DNA of 64,000 nucleotides from a bacterium (GTDB taxonomy: Bacteria; Patescibacteriota; Patescibacteriia; Magasanikbacterales; GWA2-37-8): contig JBDROJ010000027.1 in the NCBI GenBank assembly GCA_043810165.1, forward strand, positions 36,974 through 100,973. The letters run 5' to 3'. Positions 21,535-30,859 of the stretch are shown one piece after another. Made by a program: the position numbers and the translations under genes. The first letter of the stretch is position 1. Each line of letters opens with the position of its first letter. The notes beneath the pieces were generated by a model, which did not search any database, was not told the DNA's origin, and worked only from the letters and a program-made list of their open reading frames with translations.

Positions 21535-22326
21535 ATGGATTTAACTGAAGCCAAACAAAATAATACAATCCAAGCAAGACACCCGTGGGAGCTGGCCCGT
21601 TTTAGAGTGATTCTATTATTGATACAAAACCTTTTAAAATTAAATACGCAAAATCTCAAAATTTTAGATCTGGGTTGCGGTGATCTTTATATATGCAAAA
21701 AACTTTTACAGATATATCCATATCTAAAAATACACGCCGTGGACAAAAATCTATCCGGAAAGCAGATAGACTGGCTAAAAAAATCAAATACATCCGACAG
21801 ATTATTTGCGTACCAATCTATAAAAGACTTTGAGGATATTAATGACAGAGCTGGTTGCGACCTAATTTTACTATTAGATATTGTGGAACACATAGATGGT
21901 GATTCTATTTTTTTACAAAAATTAAGCAATTGTAATTTTGTGAATAAAAATACTTTTTTCCTAATAACCGTTCCGTCGTTCTCATCTTTATTTTCATCAC
22001 ATGACAAATTTTTAAAACACCACAGACGTTATAACAATTACGAATTAAAAAAACTAGTGGCTAATGCCGGATTTAAAATTTATCAATCGGGTTATTTTTT
22101 TTCAAGCTTGTTAATTCCAAGAATTATACAAGCTTTACTTGAAAAAATAGTCGGATCAAAAAATAAAAAACATGGGATCGGCCATTGGAAGCACGGAAAA
22201 ATTACTACCAATTTATTTAAAAACGTTCTTATTTATGATTTTAAATTATCTCTTATACTGCAAAAAATCGGAATCAAATTACCCGGCCTCTCTAACTATG
22301 TAATATGCAAAAAATCTGTATTATAA
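21535..22326 (+). CDS. class I SAM-dependent methyltransferase-like protein
   Basis: ILDLGCGDLYICKKLL motif I and an acidic motif II (DLILLLDIVEHI). Confidence 0.55.
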   Translation: MDLTEAKQNNTIQARHPWELARFRVILLLIQNLLKLNTQNLKILDLGCGDLYICKKLLQIYPYLKIHAVDKNLSGKQIDWLKKSNTSDRLFAYQSIKDFEDINDRAGCDLILLLDIVEHIDGDSIFLQKLSNCNFVNKNTFFLITVPSFSSLFSSHDKFLKHHRRYNNYELKKLVANAGFKIYQSGYFFSSLLIPRIIQALLEKIVGSKNKKHGIGHWKHGKITTNLFKNVLIYDFKLSLILQKIGIKLPGLSNYVICKKSVL

Positions 22327-23042
22327 TTCCATGCTATAACGAGGAAAACAGACTGCCGGTAGAAGAATTTAAAAAATTTTATACTGAAATAACAGATAGT
22401 TTTTATCTGTATTTCGTAAATGACGGCAGTACTGACAAAACTAAAATAATACTTGACGAGCTATGCATGAGCAGAGGAGATAGAATAAAAATTCTAAATC
22501 ATGATTGCAATAAAGGCAAAGCTGAAGCTGTGCGCACAGGCGTATTAAATGCTCTGGATGACAATAAATTTGATATATTTGGATATCTGGATGCAGATCT
22601 TTCAACGCCTCTGTCAGAAATTTATTTATTGCTGGAATCTTTAAATAAGGATGACTGCAATGCCATGGCTTTTGGTTCAAGGATAAAAAAACTGAATAGT
22701 AATATCCGAAGAAATACCAAAAGGCATATTTTTGGCAGATTATTTGCAACGACAACTAACCTGCTTTTAAAATTGCCGACGTATGACAGCCAATGTGGCG
22801 CAAAATTAATTAGAGCCGAATATGCCAGGGGGTTATTTAAAGAAGCATTCATCTCAAAATGGCTTTTTGATATTGAATTATTTTTCCGTTTTAAACGAAT
22901 GAACAGGGGTCTGAACAATAATTACAAAACCATTGAAGTCCCTTTGAATACATGGGATGAAAAGGGTGGCTCAAAAATCACGATGCGCGATTTAACAAAG
23001 ATGCCTCTTGATTTGATCAAAATATATTTTTATTATAAATAA
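22305..23042 (+). CDS. family 2 glycosyltransferase (polyprenyl-phosphate sugar synthase, DPM1/GtrB-like)
   Basis: IIIPCYNEE...VNDGSTDKT...DAD motifs of the GT-A fold. Confidence 0.8.
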   Translation: MQKICIIIPCYNEENRLPVEEFKKFYTEITDSFYLYFVNDGSTDKTKIILDELCMSRGDRIKILNHDCNKGKAEAVRTGVLNALDDNKFDIFGYLDADLSTPLSEIYLLLESLNKDDCNAMAFGSRIKKLNSNIRRNTKRHIFGRLFATTTNLLLKLPTYDSQCGAKLIRAEYARGLFKEAFISKWLFDIELFFRFKRMNRGLNNNYKTIEVPLNTWDEKGGSKITMRDLTKMPLDLIKIYFYYK

Positions 23043-23044
23043 AT

Positions 23045-24724
23045 ATGGCTTATTGCCTCCGGTTTAAAGAAAAAATCATAAAATTATCAGTACCATTTGT
23101 AATAATCATCAGTATACTTTTATTTTTTCATGCCAGTTTTGGATTATCAAGTTTAAATCCTTTAAATACCGAATGGCTTTTAAACAATAAGGATCAAGCC
23201 ACTCATTTTTTGGGATGGCAATTTTTTAGAAACGATGATTGGACATTTCCTTTGGGAACTATTAATAGTTATAATTATCCGATTGGCACCAATATAGGCT
23301 ATACTGATTCTATTCCATTGTTGGCAATCTTTTTTAAACTATTATCGCCAATCCTGCCGTATCCTTTCCAATACACGGGAATATGGCTATTCTCTTGCTT
23401 TCTTTTGCAAGCTTTTTTTGCCTATTTACTAATCAGAAAAAAAACCTCGTTGGTATTGATAAGAATTGTAGCTGTTTTAATTTTGACCCTTACCCCGATC
23501 TTAATAGTGCGCCATATTCACCCAAGCCTGTGCGCGCAATGGTTGATATTAGCTAGTATTTGGATATATCTATCCGAACAAAATACAAGAAAAAAAATTC
23601 TCATTCAATTTTTATTATTGATTTTTAGCGCATTTACACATCCATACTTGTGTATAATGGTATCTTTATTCAGTTTTTCTTTATTTAGTAATTTGATAAT
23701 AAAGAAAAAAATTAAATTAATTAGTTTTATATTAAATACGGTTCTGTCAATTATAGCTGTACTGTTGATATGGCATATCATAGGCTACTTTAGTCTTGGT
23801 CCAAATTGGAACGATTATGGGGCAGGTGGTTACGACTATTTTTCAATAGACTTAAATACTTTTTTCAACCCTTCAACCAGCACCTCTTATTTTATACCAA
23901 CTCTGCCGACAAAATCTACTACTTACGAGTCCTATAATTATCTAGGTTCTGGCGTAATACTTTTATTAATTATAGTAATAATTTTTTCGGTTAAAAATAT
24001 AAAAATAATCATTGAAGATAGAAAAAAATATCTTAAAAAAGCAAGACTATTTATTAAAAATCACATAGTATTAATTATCAGCCTGGCCTCGCTATCATTT
24101 TTTGCATTGGGGAACAATATAAGTTTCAATGGCACGGTCATATTTAGTTACCCACTCAATGAGAATTATGAGAAATTAATCGCCCCATTGCGCGCTAGCT
24201 CAAGATTTATTTGGCCAGCTTATTACATGATGTTGATTTTTATTATATTTGCATTTATTAAAAAATTAATAAATAATCTTTGGCTAATTGGCATATTTAT
24301 AATTGCTCTAAGCCTGCAAATTGGAGGCAAAAATTTTATTTTTCCATACAATATGGAGAAAACACTTCTATTAAACAACACCGAATGGAGTGAATCCATT
24401 GCTCAAGCAGATAAAATTTTGATATTTCCGGCTTATAAAGAATTAATTGAAGATTCAAATGATGATATATCTTTTGCTTATTTAGCTGCAATTAACAAAA
24501 AAGCAATAAATCTGGGTAATCTGGCCCGAAATAATATTAAAAGAAGAGATCGGGAAAGCAAAAAATTAAGACGCGACCTGGTAGATGGACGCATACAGCC
24601 TAAAACACTATACATCACCACTCAGAAGTATGATTCAATCATTAATAAAGAAACTTTCAAGGACAAGCTTGAATGCAAGGTAATATCAGGCTACACTGCT
24701 TGTTTAAGTAAAGATACCAACTAA
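23045..24724 (+). CDS. large polytopic membrane protein, possibly a GT-C-type glycosyltransferase partner of the GT2 enzyme
   Basis: More than 12 predicted TM helices with an aromatic-rich N-terminal loop. The ATG overlaps the GT2 stop. The functional call is by gene context only. Confidence 0.4.
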   Translation: MAYCLRFKEKIIKLSVPFVIIISILLFFHASFGLSSLNPLNTEWLLNNKDQATHFLGWQFFRNDDWTFPLGTINSYNYPIGTNIGYTDSIPLLAIFFKLLSPILPYPFQYTGIWLFSCFLLQAFFAYLLIRKKTSLVLIRIVAVLILTLTPILIVRHIHPSLCAQWLILASIWIYLSEQNTRKKILIQFLLLIFSAFTHPYLCIMVSLFSFSLFSNLIIKKKIKLISFILNTVLSIIAVLLIWHIIGYFSLGPNWNDYGAGGYDYFSIDLNTFFNPSTSTSYFIPTLPTKSTTYESYNYLGSGVILLLIIVIIFSVKNIKIIIEDRKKYLKKARLFIKNHIVLIISLASLSFFALGNNISFNGTVIFSYPLNENYEKLIAPLRASSRFIWPAYYMMLIFIIFAFIKKLINNLWLIGIFIIALSLQIGGKNFIFPYNMEKTLLLNNTEWSESIAQADKILIFPAYKELIEDSNDDISFAYLAAINKKAINLGNLARNNIKRRDRESKKLRRDLVDGRIQPKTLYITTQKYDSIINKETFKDKLECKVISGYTACLSKDTN

Positions 24725-24767
24725 GACCAGTTATTTGCCAATTGAGCGGTAATCAGCTATAATTAAA

Positions 24768-24796
24768 ATATCCCGATTTAATCGGGATATTTTTAG
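24768..24796 (+). terminator. rho-independent terminator
   Basis: ATATCCCGATTtaaTCGGGATAT followed by TTTT. Confidence 0.6.
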
Positions 24797-24804
24797 CATA
24801 AACT

Positions 24805-27726
24805 ATGTACAAACTAAATCAATCTCAACAACAAGCCGTGGAATATAATCAGGGCCCGCTAATTATTGTGGCTGGCGCCGGAACCGGCAAAACCACTGTG
24901 ATAACTCAAAAAATTGTCTATCTGCTACAAAATGAACTGGCCAAGCCCGAACAAATATTAGCTTTAGTTTTTAATGATAAAGCGGCTGATGAAATTCAAG
25001 AACGAGTAGACGAAATTATTGATATAGGATATATTGACATGCAAATATCAACTTTTCATTCTTTTTGTCAGCAAATATTGGAACAATACGGACTTGATAT
25101 TGGTATCCCAAACAATTTTAAAATTTTAACTCAAACAGATGCATGGATATTGATTAAAAAAAAATTGGATAAATTTGGCCTTGATTATTATCGGCCTCTT
25201 GGAAACCCAGGCAAGCATATTCATGAACTTATTAAACATTTTTCCAAATGCAAAGATGAATTAATTGATCCGCAAGCGTATCTTGAATATGCTGAAGACG
25301 TCAAACTGGATAAAGATAATGACAATCAAGATGAACACGACAGATTAACTGAAATTGCCAATGCCTACCATGTATACAACCGGCTTTTACTGGAACATAA
25401 TTCATTGGACTTTGGTGATTTGATTTACTATGCTGTTAAATTATTAAAAAAACGACCTCAAGTCTTAAAACAACTACAGGAACGATTTAAATATATTTTG
25501 GTAGATGAATTTCAAGATGTCAATTGGGCGCAATATGAACTAGTACGAAAACTAGGTGAAAATGGTCAACTGACTGTGGTCGGTGATGATGATCAAAGTA
25601 TTTATGCGTTTCGCGGAGCTTCAGTAGCAAATATTCTACGATTCAAAGATGATTATCAAAAAGTTAAAGAAATTGTATTAACAGAAAACTATCGATCTGG
25701 ACAAAAAATTTTAGACAAAGCATATGAATCTATAAAAAACAACAACCCAGATCGTTTGGAAACAAAATTAAGAATAGATAAGAAATTAAAATCAATGGTT
25801 GATTTCAAAGCAGAGGTAGTTCATGCCCATAAATTCAGCCTGGAAGAAGAAGTAAAATTTGTAATTGATGAGATAATTAAACTTAAAACGCAAGATCAGC
25901 AAGCTAGTTTGGATGATTTTGCCATTTTAGTCAGGGCGAATAATCACGCCGAACCATTTATGGCTGGATTAGAATCACATGGCATAGCTTACGAATTCCT
26001 AGCCTCTAATGGACTATACCGCCAGCCAATTATCCTTGACTGTTTAAACTTTTTCAAATTATTGGATAATTATCACGAATCAACAGCCATTTATCGTTTA
26101 TTGCGCTTGCCCATATGGAGAATCACAGAAAACGACCTGCAAAAAATAACATATACTGCAAAACGCAAGAGCATATCGTATTATGAGGCTTTAAAACGCG
26201 CACAAGAGTTTGCATTATCAGAATCTGGCACAACCATCTGTGGAAAACTCTTAAATTTAATACACGATGGTATGAAACAGGCCAGCATTGAAAAGCCACA
26301 CCGCGTATTGTATGATTTTTTAGAAAGAAGCGGGTATTTAAAATACTTGATGCATGAAGAAGGAGCTAATAATAGGTTGGTAATTAGGCAAATACATCAG
26401 CTAATTCAATTTTTTGAATACTTAACAAGGTATGAAGAAAATATTGCTGATGCGCGCGTTAGTGATTTTATGGATCAATTCAACTACCTGCTTGAATCCG
26501 GCGAGCAGGGCAGTTTATATCAGCCGGCTGATACGCCTGATTCAGTTAATATAATCACAATTCATAAATCTAAAGGACTGGAATTCAAATATGTATTTGT
26601 AGTCAATATGGTCGAAGACCGATTCCCAACGCGCAGGCGCGGAAATGGCATTGAATTGCCCATTGAACTGGTAAAGGAACAACTGCCCGAAGGCGATCCG
26701 CACATACAAGAGGAAAGGCGATTATTTTATGTGGCTTGTACGCGCGCAAAACAAAAACTTTATCTGACCAGCGCCAGTAATTATGGCGGAGTAAGAAAGA
26801 AAAAAATCAGCCGTTTTTTACATGAACTTGACTACCAAGCTCAAGACCAAAAATTAGAGAAAAAATCAAATTTTCCTGAATATCCTAAATCCTTCATAAA
26901 CACAAAGCAAACATCAACATATAAGATACCATCATCTTTCTCTTTTTCACAAATCAAATCATACAACACATGCCCATATCAATATAAATTAGGCAATATA
27001 ATTAAATTACCGATGAAACAAAGCCATTATTTTAGTTTTGGAAATAGCATTCATAATAGCTTGCAAAAATTCTATCAACGTATAATTGATTTGAATCAAA
27101 CAAAACAAGAATCTTTATTTGGCCTGCCTGGCAAAAAAGAAGATCACGACCATGCAATCAAAGTTCCGAGCTTGGATGAACTTATGGAAATCTATAATCA
27201 AAGCTGGATTGAAGATTGGTTTCAAGATAAAAATCAACGAGAAGAATACTTTGTGGATGGCCAAAAAATGTTAAAAGAATATTACAAACAAAATCAAGAC
27301 AATTGGACGATCCCGGCTGGCTTGGAGAGTGGATTTAAAATTAGAATTGACGACTTTATTCTTATGGGCAGAATAGATAGAATTGACCAACTGGCTGACC
27401 AGAGTTTGCATATTATTGATTATAAAACAGGCCAAAGCAAAGAAAAACCTCAATCAGAAGACAAAGAACAATTAATTATTTACCAAATAGCTGTGGAAAG
27501 CCTTCCAGAATATCGAAATTTGGGCAAAGCAAGCAAGTTAACTTTGTATTTTGTGAAAGATGGCGTTCAAGCTTCATTCCTAGCAAGCGACAAAGAGATA
27601 GAAAAACTTAAAGAAAAAATAATCAACACTGTGCAAGAAATCAAAAAAATGAATTTTACGCCCAATCCAAGCCAATACATTTGCAACAACTGTCATTATA
27701 GAGATATTTGTGAATATAAAATATGA
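24805..27726 (+). CDS. UvrD/PcrA-family superfamily 1 DNA helicase fused to a C-terminal PD-(D/E)xK Cas4/RecB-like nuclease domain (AddA-like)
   Basis: Walker A AGAGTGKTTV, motif II DEFQD, motif III VVGDDDQSIY, motif VI VACTRAKQKL. A C-terminal nuclease core IIDYKTGQ carries Cys residues (C...C..C, CEYK at the C-terminus) consistent with an Fe-S-containing nuclease. Confidence 0.8.
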   Translation: MYKLNQSQQQAVEYNQGPLIIVAGAGTGKTTVITQKIVYLLQNELAKPEQILALVFNDKAADEIQERVDEIIDIGYIDMQISTFHSFCQQILEQYGLDIGIPNNFKILTQTDAWILIKKKLDKFGLDYYRPLGNPGKHIHELIKHFSKCKDELIDPQAYLEYAEDVKLDKDNDNQDEHDRLTEIANAYHVYNRLLLEHNSLDFGDLIYYAVKLLKKRPQVLKQLQERFKYILVDEFQDVNWAQYELVRKLGENGQLTVVGDDDQSIYAFRGASVANILRFKDDYQKVKEIVLTENYRSGQKILDKAYESIKNNNPDRLETKLRIDKKLKSMVDFKAEVVHAHKFSLEEEVKFVIDEIIKLKTQDQQASLDDFAILVRANNHAEPFMAGLESHGIAYEFLASNGLYRQPIILDCLNFFKLLDNYHESTAIYRLLRLPIWRITENDLQKITYTAKRKSISYYEALKRAQEFALSESGTTICGKLLNLIHDGMKQASIEKPHRVLYDFLERSGYLKYLMHEEGANNRLVIRQIHQLIQFFEYLTRYEENIADARVSDFMDQFNYLLESGEQGSLYQPADTPDSVNIITIHKSKGLEFKYVFVVNMVEDRFPTRRRGNGIELPIELVKEQLPEGDPHIQEERRLFYVACTRAKQKLYLTSASNYGGVRKKKISRFLHELDYQAQDQKLEKKSNFPEYPKSFINTKQTSTYKIPSSFSFSQIKSYNTCPYQYKLGNIIKLPMKQSHYFSFGNSIHNSLQKFYQRIIDLNQTKQESLFGLPGKKEDHDHAIKVPSLDELMEIYNQSWIEDWFQDKNQREEYFVDGQKMLKEYYKQNQDNWTIPAGLESGFKIRIDDFILMGRIDRIDQLADQSLHIIDYKTGQSKEKPQSEDKEQLIIYQIAVESLPEYRNLGKASKLTLYFVKDGVQASFLASDKEIEKLKEKIINTVQEIKKMNFTPNPSQYICNNCHYRDICEYKI

Positions 27727-28013
27727 AAAATATAGCAGAACTCCTAAAACAAAAACAAAATCTATCTCCAATGTGGAAGAGTGTCAGCGCATCATTGATT
27801 GTTGATCAAGCCAATCAAATACTAATCTATTTATTTGGAGACGAGGTACAAAAACATGTTCAAGCTGTATATTACAAAAATAACACTTTAACAATGGCCT
27901 GTTTAGGTTCAATTATGGCTCAAGAAATTAAATTTAACGAGGCTATAATAATTGAACAAATAAATGCTAAATTCGGCCAAAATACAGTAAAAAAACTGCG
28001 ATATTTAGCTTAA
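27723..28013 (+). CDS. DUF721-type small protein (DciA-like candidate)
   Basis: 96 aa whose start overlaps the helicase stop (ATGA). The pattern W..V......A...L..G.L.V.....WA.EL resembles DUF721. Assigned by resemblance only. Confidence 0.4.
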   Translation: MKNIAELLKQKQNLSPMWKSVSASLIVDQANQILIYLFGDEVQKHVQAVYYKNNTLTMACLGSIMAQEIKFNEAIIIEQINAKFGQNTVKKLRYLA

Positions 28014-28085
28014 AATTACAGCTTGCCAAATACTGAAAAACAGGATAGAATACCAGAACCAATTAAATATTAAAACCATTAAAAT

Positions 28086-28478
28086 ATGACTTTGCGCCAA
28101 TATTTAATTTTGATGTCAATTGGTACAGCCATGTGCTGGGCCATTTGGATTTTAGTTATCATAAATATAGACCCAGTAGAAACAAAGTACCTTGGTTTAG
28201 CTTTCTTCTATGCCAGTTTATTTTTAGCTTTAAGTGGTACTGTGTCTGTAATTGGATTTCTAGTTAGAAAAAAAATAAACAAAAATGATGAGATAGTATT
28301 TCATCATGTCAGGCATACCTTTAGGCAGGGTGTTCTTATATCTTCCCTAATTCTTTTAAGCCTAGCCATGTTGCAGTATAAATTGCTTAATTGGCTTACA
28401 GGCATGCTAATTGTATTATTATTTTTAATTTTAGAAAGCTTAGCTTTTACAAATAGAAGATACAAAAATTTAACCTAA
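28086..28478 (+). CDS. hypothetical membrane protein (4 TM)
   Basis: Hydrophobic 130-aa ORF preceding mreB. Confidence 0.45.
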   Translation: MTLRQYLILMSIGTAMCWAIWILVIINIDPVETKYLGLAFFYASLFLALSGTVSVIGFLVRKKINKNDEIVFHHVRHTFRQGVLISSLILLSLAMLQYKLLNWLTGMLIVLLFLILESLAFTNRRYKNLT

Positions 28479-28479
28479 C

Positions 28480-29523
28480 ATGTTTAATTCATTATTCAAT
28501 AAATTTAGAAAAGACTTAGGTATTGACTTGGGTACGGCCAATAGCCTTATTTATGTTAAAGGCAGGGGAGTAATTATTAACGAACCCAGCGTGGTATCTG
28601 TAAATACCAGAACTGAACAAATTTTGGCGGTTGGCAGTGAGGCCAAAGAAATGCTAGGCAAGACTCCTCCACACATAATAACTACCAGGCCATTAATAAA
28701 TGGGATAATTTCTGATTTTGAAGTTACGGAAAAAATGTTAGGATTTTTCTTTGATAAAATAAATGAAGGCCGAGGATCTTCATTATCACGCCCAAAAGTA
28801 GTAATTGGAGCCCCGCTAGATATTACCGAAGTAGAAAGAAAGGCTATTAGCGATGCGGCTGTAAACGCAGGCGCTAGAGAAGTTTGGATTGTGGAAGAAC
28901 CCATGGCCGCAGCCATTGGCTCACGCATGCCAATAAGGGAGCCCGTAGGTAACTTTATTGTTGAGATGGGTGGTGGTACTTGTGAAATAGCTGTAATATC
29001 ATTGGGTGGAATAGTGGTCTGGAAGTCTCTGCCGATTGCAGGAGATGAACTTAATCGTAATATTATACAATATGCCAGAGATGTATTTAATTTATTACTT
29101 GGAGAAAGACAGGCCGAAGAAATTAAAATTAAAATTGGTTCAGCAATAGAATTAAATGAATCTAGGCAATTTCCAATGCGCGGACGCGACTTAATTTCCG
29201 GACTTCCAAAAGAAATAATGATTAACGACTCTCAAGTGCGAGAGGCCATGAGCAAGTCTTTAAAGATGATTGTAGACAATATAAAAGAAACTTTAGAAAC
29301 CACTCCGCCGGAATTAGTGGCTGACATACACGAAAGAGGGATATTAATTTCAGGCGGAGGCGCTTTATTGCGAGGTATTGATAAATTAATCTACAGAGCT
29401 ACGGAAATACCAGTTCGCTTGGCCGACGACCCTCTTACATCGGTTGTCAGAGGCACGGGCATATTACTGGATGAACCCGAACTTTTAAAAGAGATCGTTG
29501 TCAAACCAGAAGACAAAAATTAG
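28480..29523 (+). CDS. mreB: rod shape-determining actin homologue MreB
   Basis: DLGTANSLIYVKGRGVIINEPSVV phosphate-1 motif. Length 347 aa. Confidence 0.9.
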   Translation: MFNSLFNKFRKDLGIDLGTANSLIYVKGRGVIINEPSVVSVNTRTEQILAVGSEAKEMLGKTPPHIITTRPLINGIISDFEVTEKMLGFFFDKINEGRGSSLSRPKVVIGAPLDITEVERKAISDAAVNAGAREVWIVEEPMAAAIGSRMPIREPVGNFIVEMGGGTCEIAVISLGGIVVWKSLPIAGDELNRNIIQYARDVFNLLLGERQAEEIKIKIGSAIELNESRQFPMRGRDLISGLPKEIMINDSQVREAMSKSLKMIVDNIKETLETTPPELVADIHERGILISGGGALLRGIDKLIYRATEIPVRLADDPLTSVVRGTGILLDEPELLKEIVVKPEDKN

Positions 29524-30337
29524 TATGCTTTATCTAAATCATAAAAAAAAGTATGTACTTTTTGGAGCAATTTTACTGCTCATTTTTTTTCATTATCTGG
29601 GCTGGCTGGGCTACATAGAAAATTCTCTGCGCTCTTTATTAATTCCAATATCATCAAGCATTTATAATGCTAAAAATAAAATCCATGATCAATATGAATT
29701 ATATAAAAAAGAGCAAGAAATTAATCAGCTATATCAGCAATGTCAAGTAGAAGTTGAGTCAAATGAATTTCTAAAAACAAAAATACAAAATTTAGAAGAA
29801 GAAAATCTTGGGTTGAAAGAAATGACCAACTTTAAAAATAATACAAATTTTAAATTAATCACTGCCAAAATAGTCGGTCAAGATACTAATAGAATTGAAA
29901 AAATGTTTATAATAGATGCCGGCAGTAAACAAGGCGTTGCCCAAGGGCAGGCAGTTATTGTCGGCCAAGGAATTTTAGTAGGAAAAATTGCCAGAGTAGA
30001 AAAAGATGTCTCAATGGTTAGAACAATAAATGATAATCAGAGCAAAATAGCGGCCACGCTTTCTAATAAAGATAGAAGTCTTGGTATAGTAGAAGGCGGT
30101 TATGGATTAAGCATACGCATGAATTTAATACCAAGAGACGAAATAGTCATGATTGGAGATAAAGTAATGAGTTCGGGATTGGATAAAACCATACCGCGCG
30201 GCCTATTAATTGGTGAAGTAACTGTTTCTGAAAATGAAGCTTACCAACCGTTTCAGCAAGCTATTATCACCCCAGCAACAAACTTGTCAAAACTAAGCTT
30301 GGTTGGAATATTGATACTTGACGAGTTAAAAAAATAA
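29498..30337 (+). CDS. mreC: rod shape-determining protein MreC
   Basis: N-terminal TM, a coiled coil, then the beta-rich domain with a GQGILVGKI...VGEV pattern. Position follows mreB. Confidence 0.75.
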   Translation: MSNQKTKISMLYLNHKKKYVLFGAILLLIFFHYLGWLGYIENSLRSLLIPISSSIYNAKNKIHDQYELYKKEQEINQLYQQCQVEVESNEFLKTKIQNLEEENLGLKEMTNFKNNTNFKLITAKIVGQDTNRIEKMFIIDAGSKQGVAQGQAVIVGQGILVGKIARVEKDVSMVRTINDNQSKIAATLSNKDRSLGIVEGGYGLSIRMNLIPRDEIVMIGDKVMSSGLDKTIPRGLLIGEVTVSENEAYQPFQQAIITPATNLSKLSLVGILILDELKK

Positions 30338-30339
30338 TT

Positions 30340-30855
30340 ATGAAATACATTAAAAAAATTATTTTGATTTTATCAATCTTGGCAGGACATCTATTCTTTA
30401 CAAATTTTTTAGTTTATCCTTTCAATAATATAAACATAGTGTTGTTATTTTTAGTCTGGATAATAATATTATCAAACGACACAGACACGAGCATGATCTG
30501 GCTTATATTATTATTAAGTTTTTCTATTGAATTGTTGAGTAATTCTCCTTTTGGTAGCAATATACTGTCCATATCTATTACCTTACTTATATTAATATGG
30601 ATTTTGCGAAACGTTCTAACGAGCAACTCTATATATATGGTATTTCTGGCAACTTTAACAGGCGTGATAGTTTATAGGATAGTTTATTTTACCATGTTGT
30701 TTACGGCTAATATATTATTGAATAAAAATTATACCAATTTGAACAAAGAAACCATAATTGATATCGGTTGGGAAACGTTATTCACTTCTATATTATCATT
30801 ATTAATCTACATAGTAATGCGCGCTACTATGAAAAAAATCGGTTCAATGGCCTAA
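30340..30855 (+). CDS. mreD: MreD-like membrane protein
   Basis: 171-aa polytopic membrane protein immediately after mreC. Confidence 0.5.
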   Translation: MKYIKKIILILSILAGHLFFTNFLVYPFNNINIVLLFLVWIIILSNDTDTSMIWLILLLSFSIELLSNSPFGSNILSISITLLILIWILRNVLTSNSIYMVFLATLTGVIVYRIVYFTMLFTANILLNKNYTNLNKETIIDIGWETLFTSILSLLIYIVMRATMKKIGSMA

Positions 30856-30859
30856 AAAC

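Noticed and set aside
28551-28928. 125-aa minus-strand ORF inside mreB
   Set aside because: Antisense shadow ORF within mreB.
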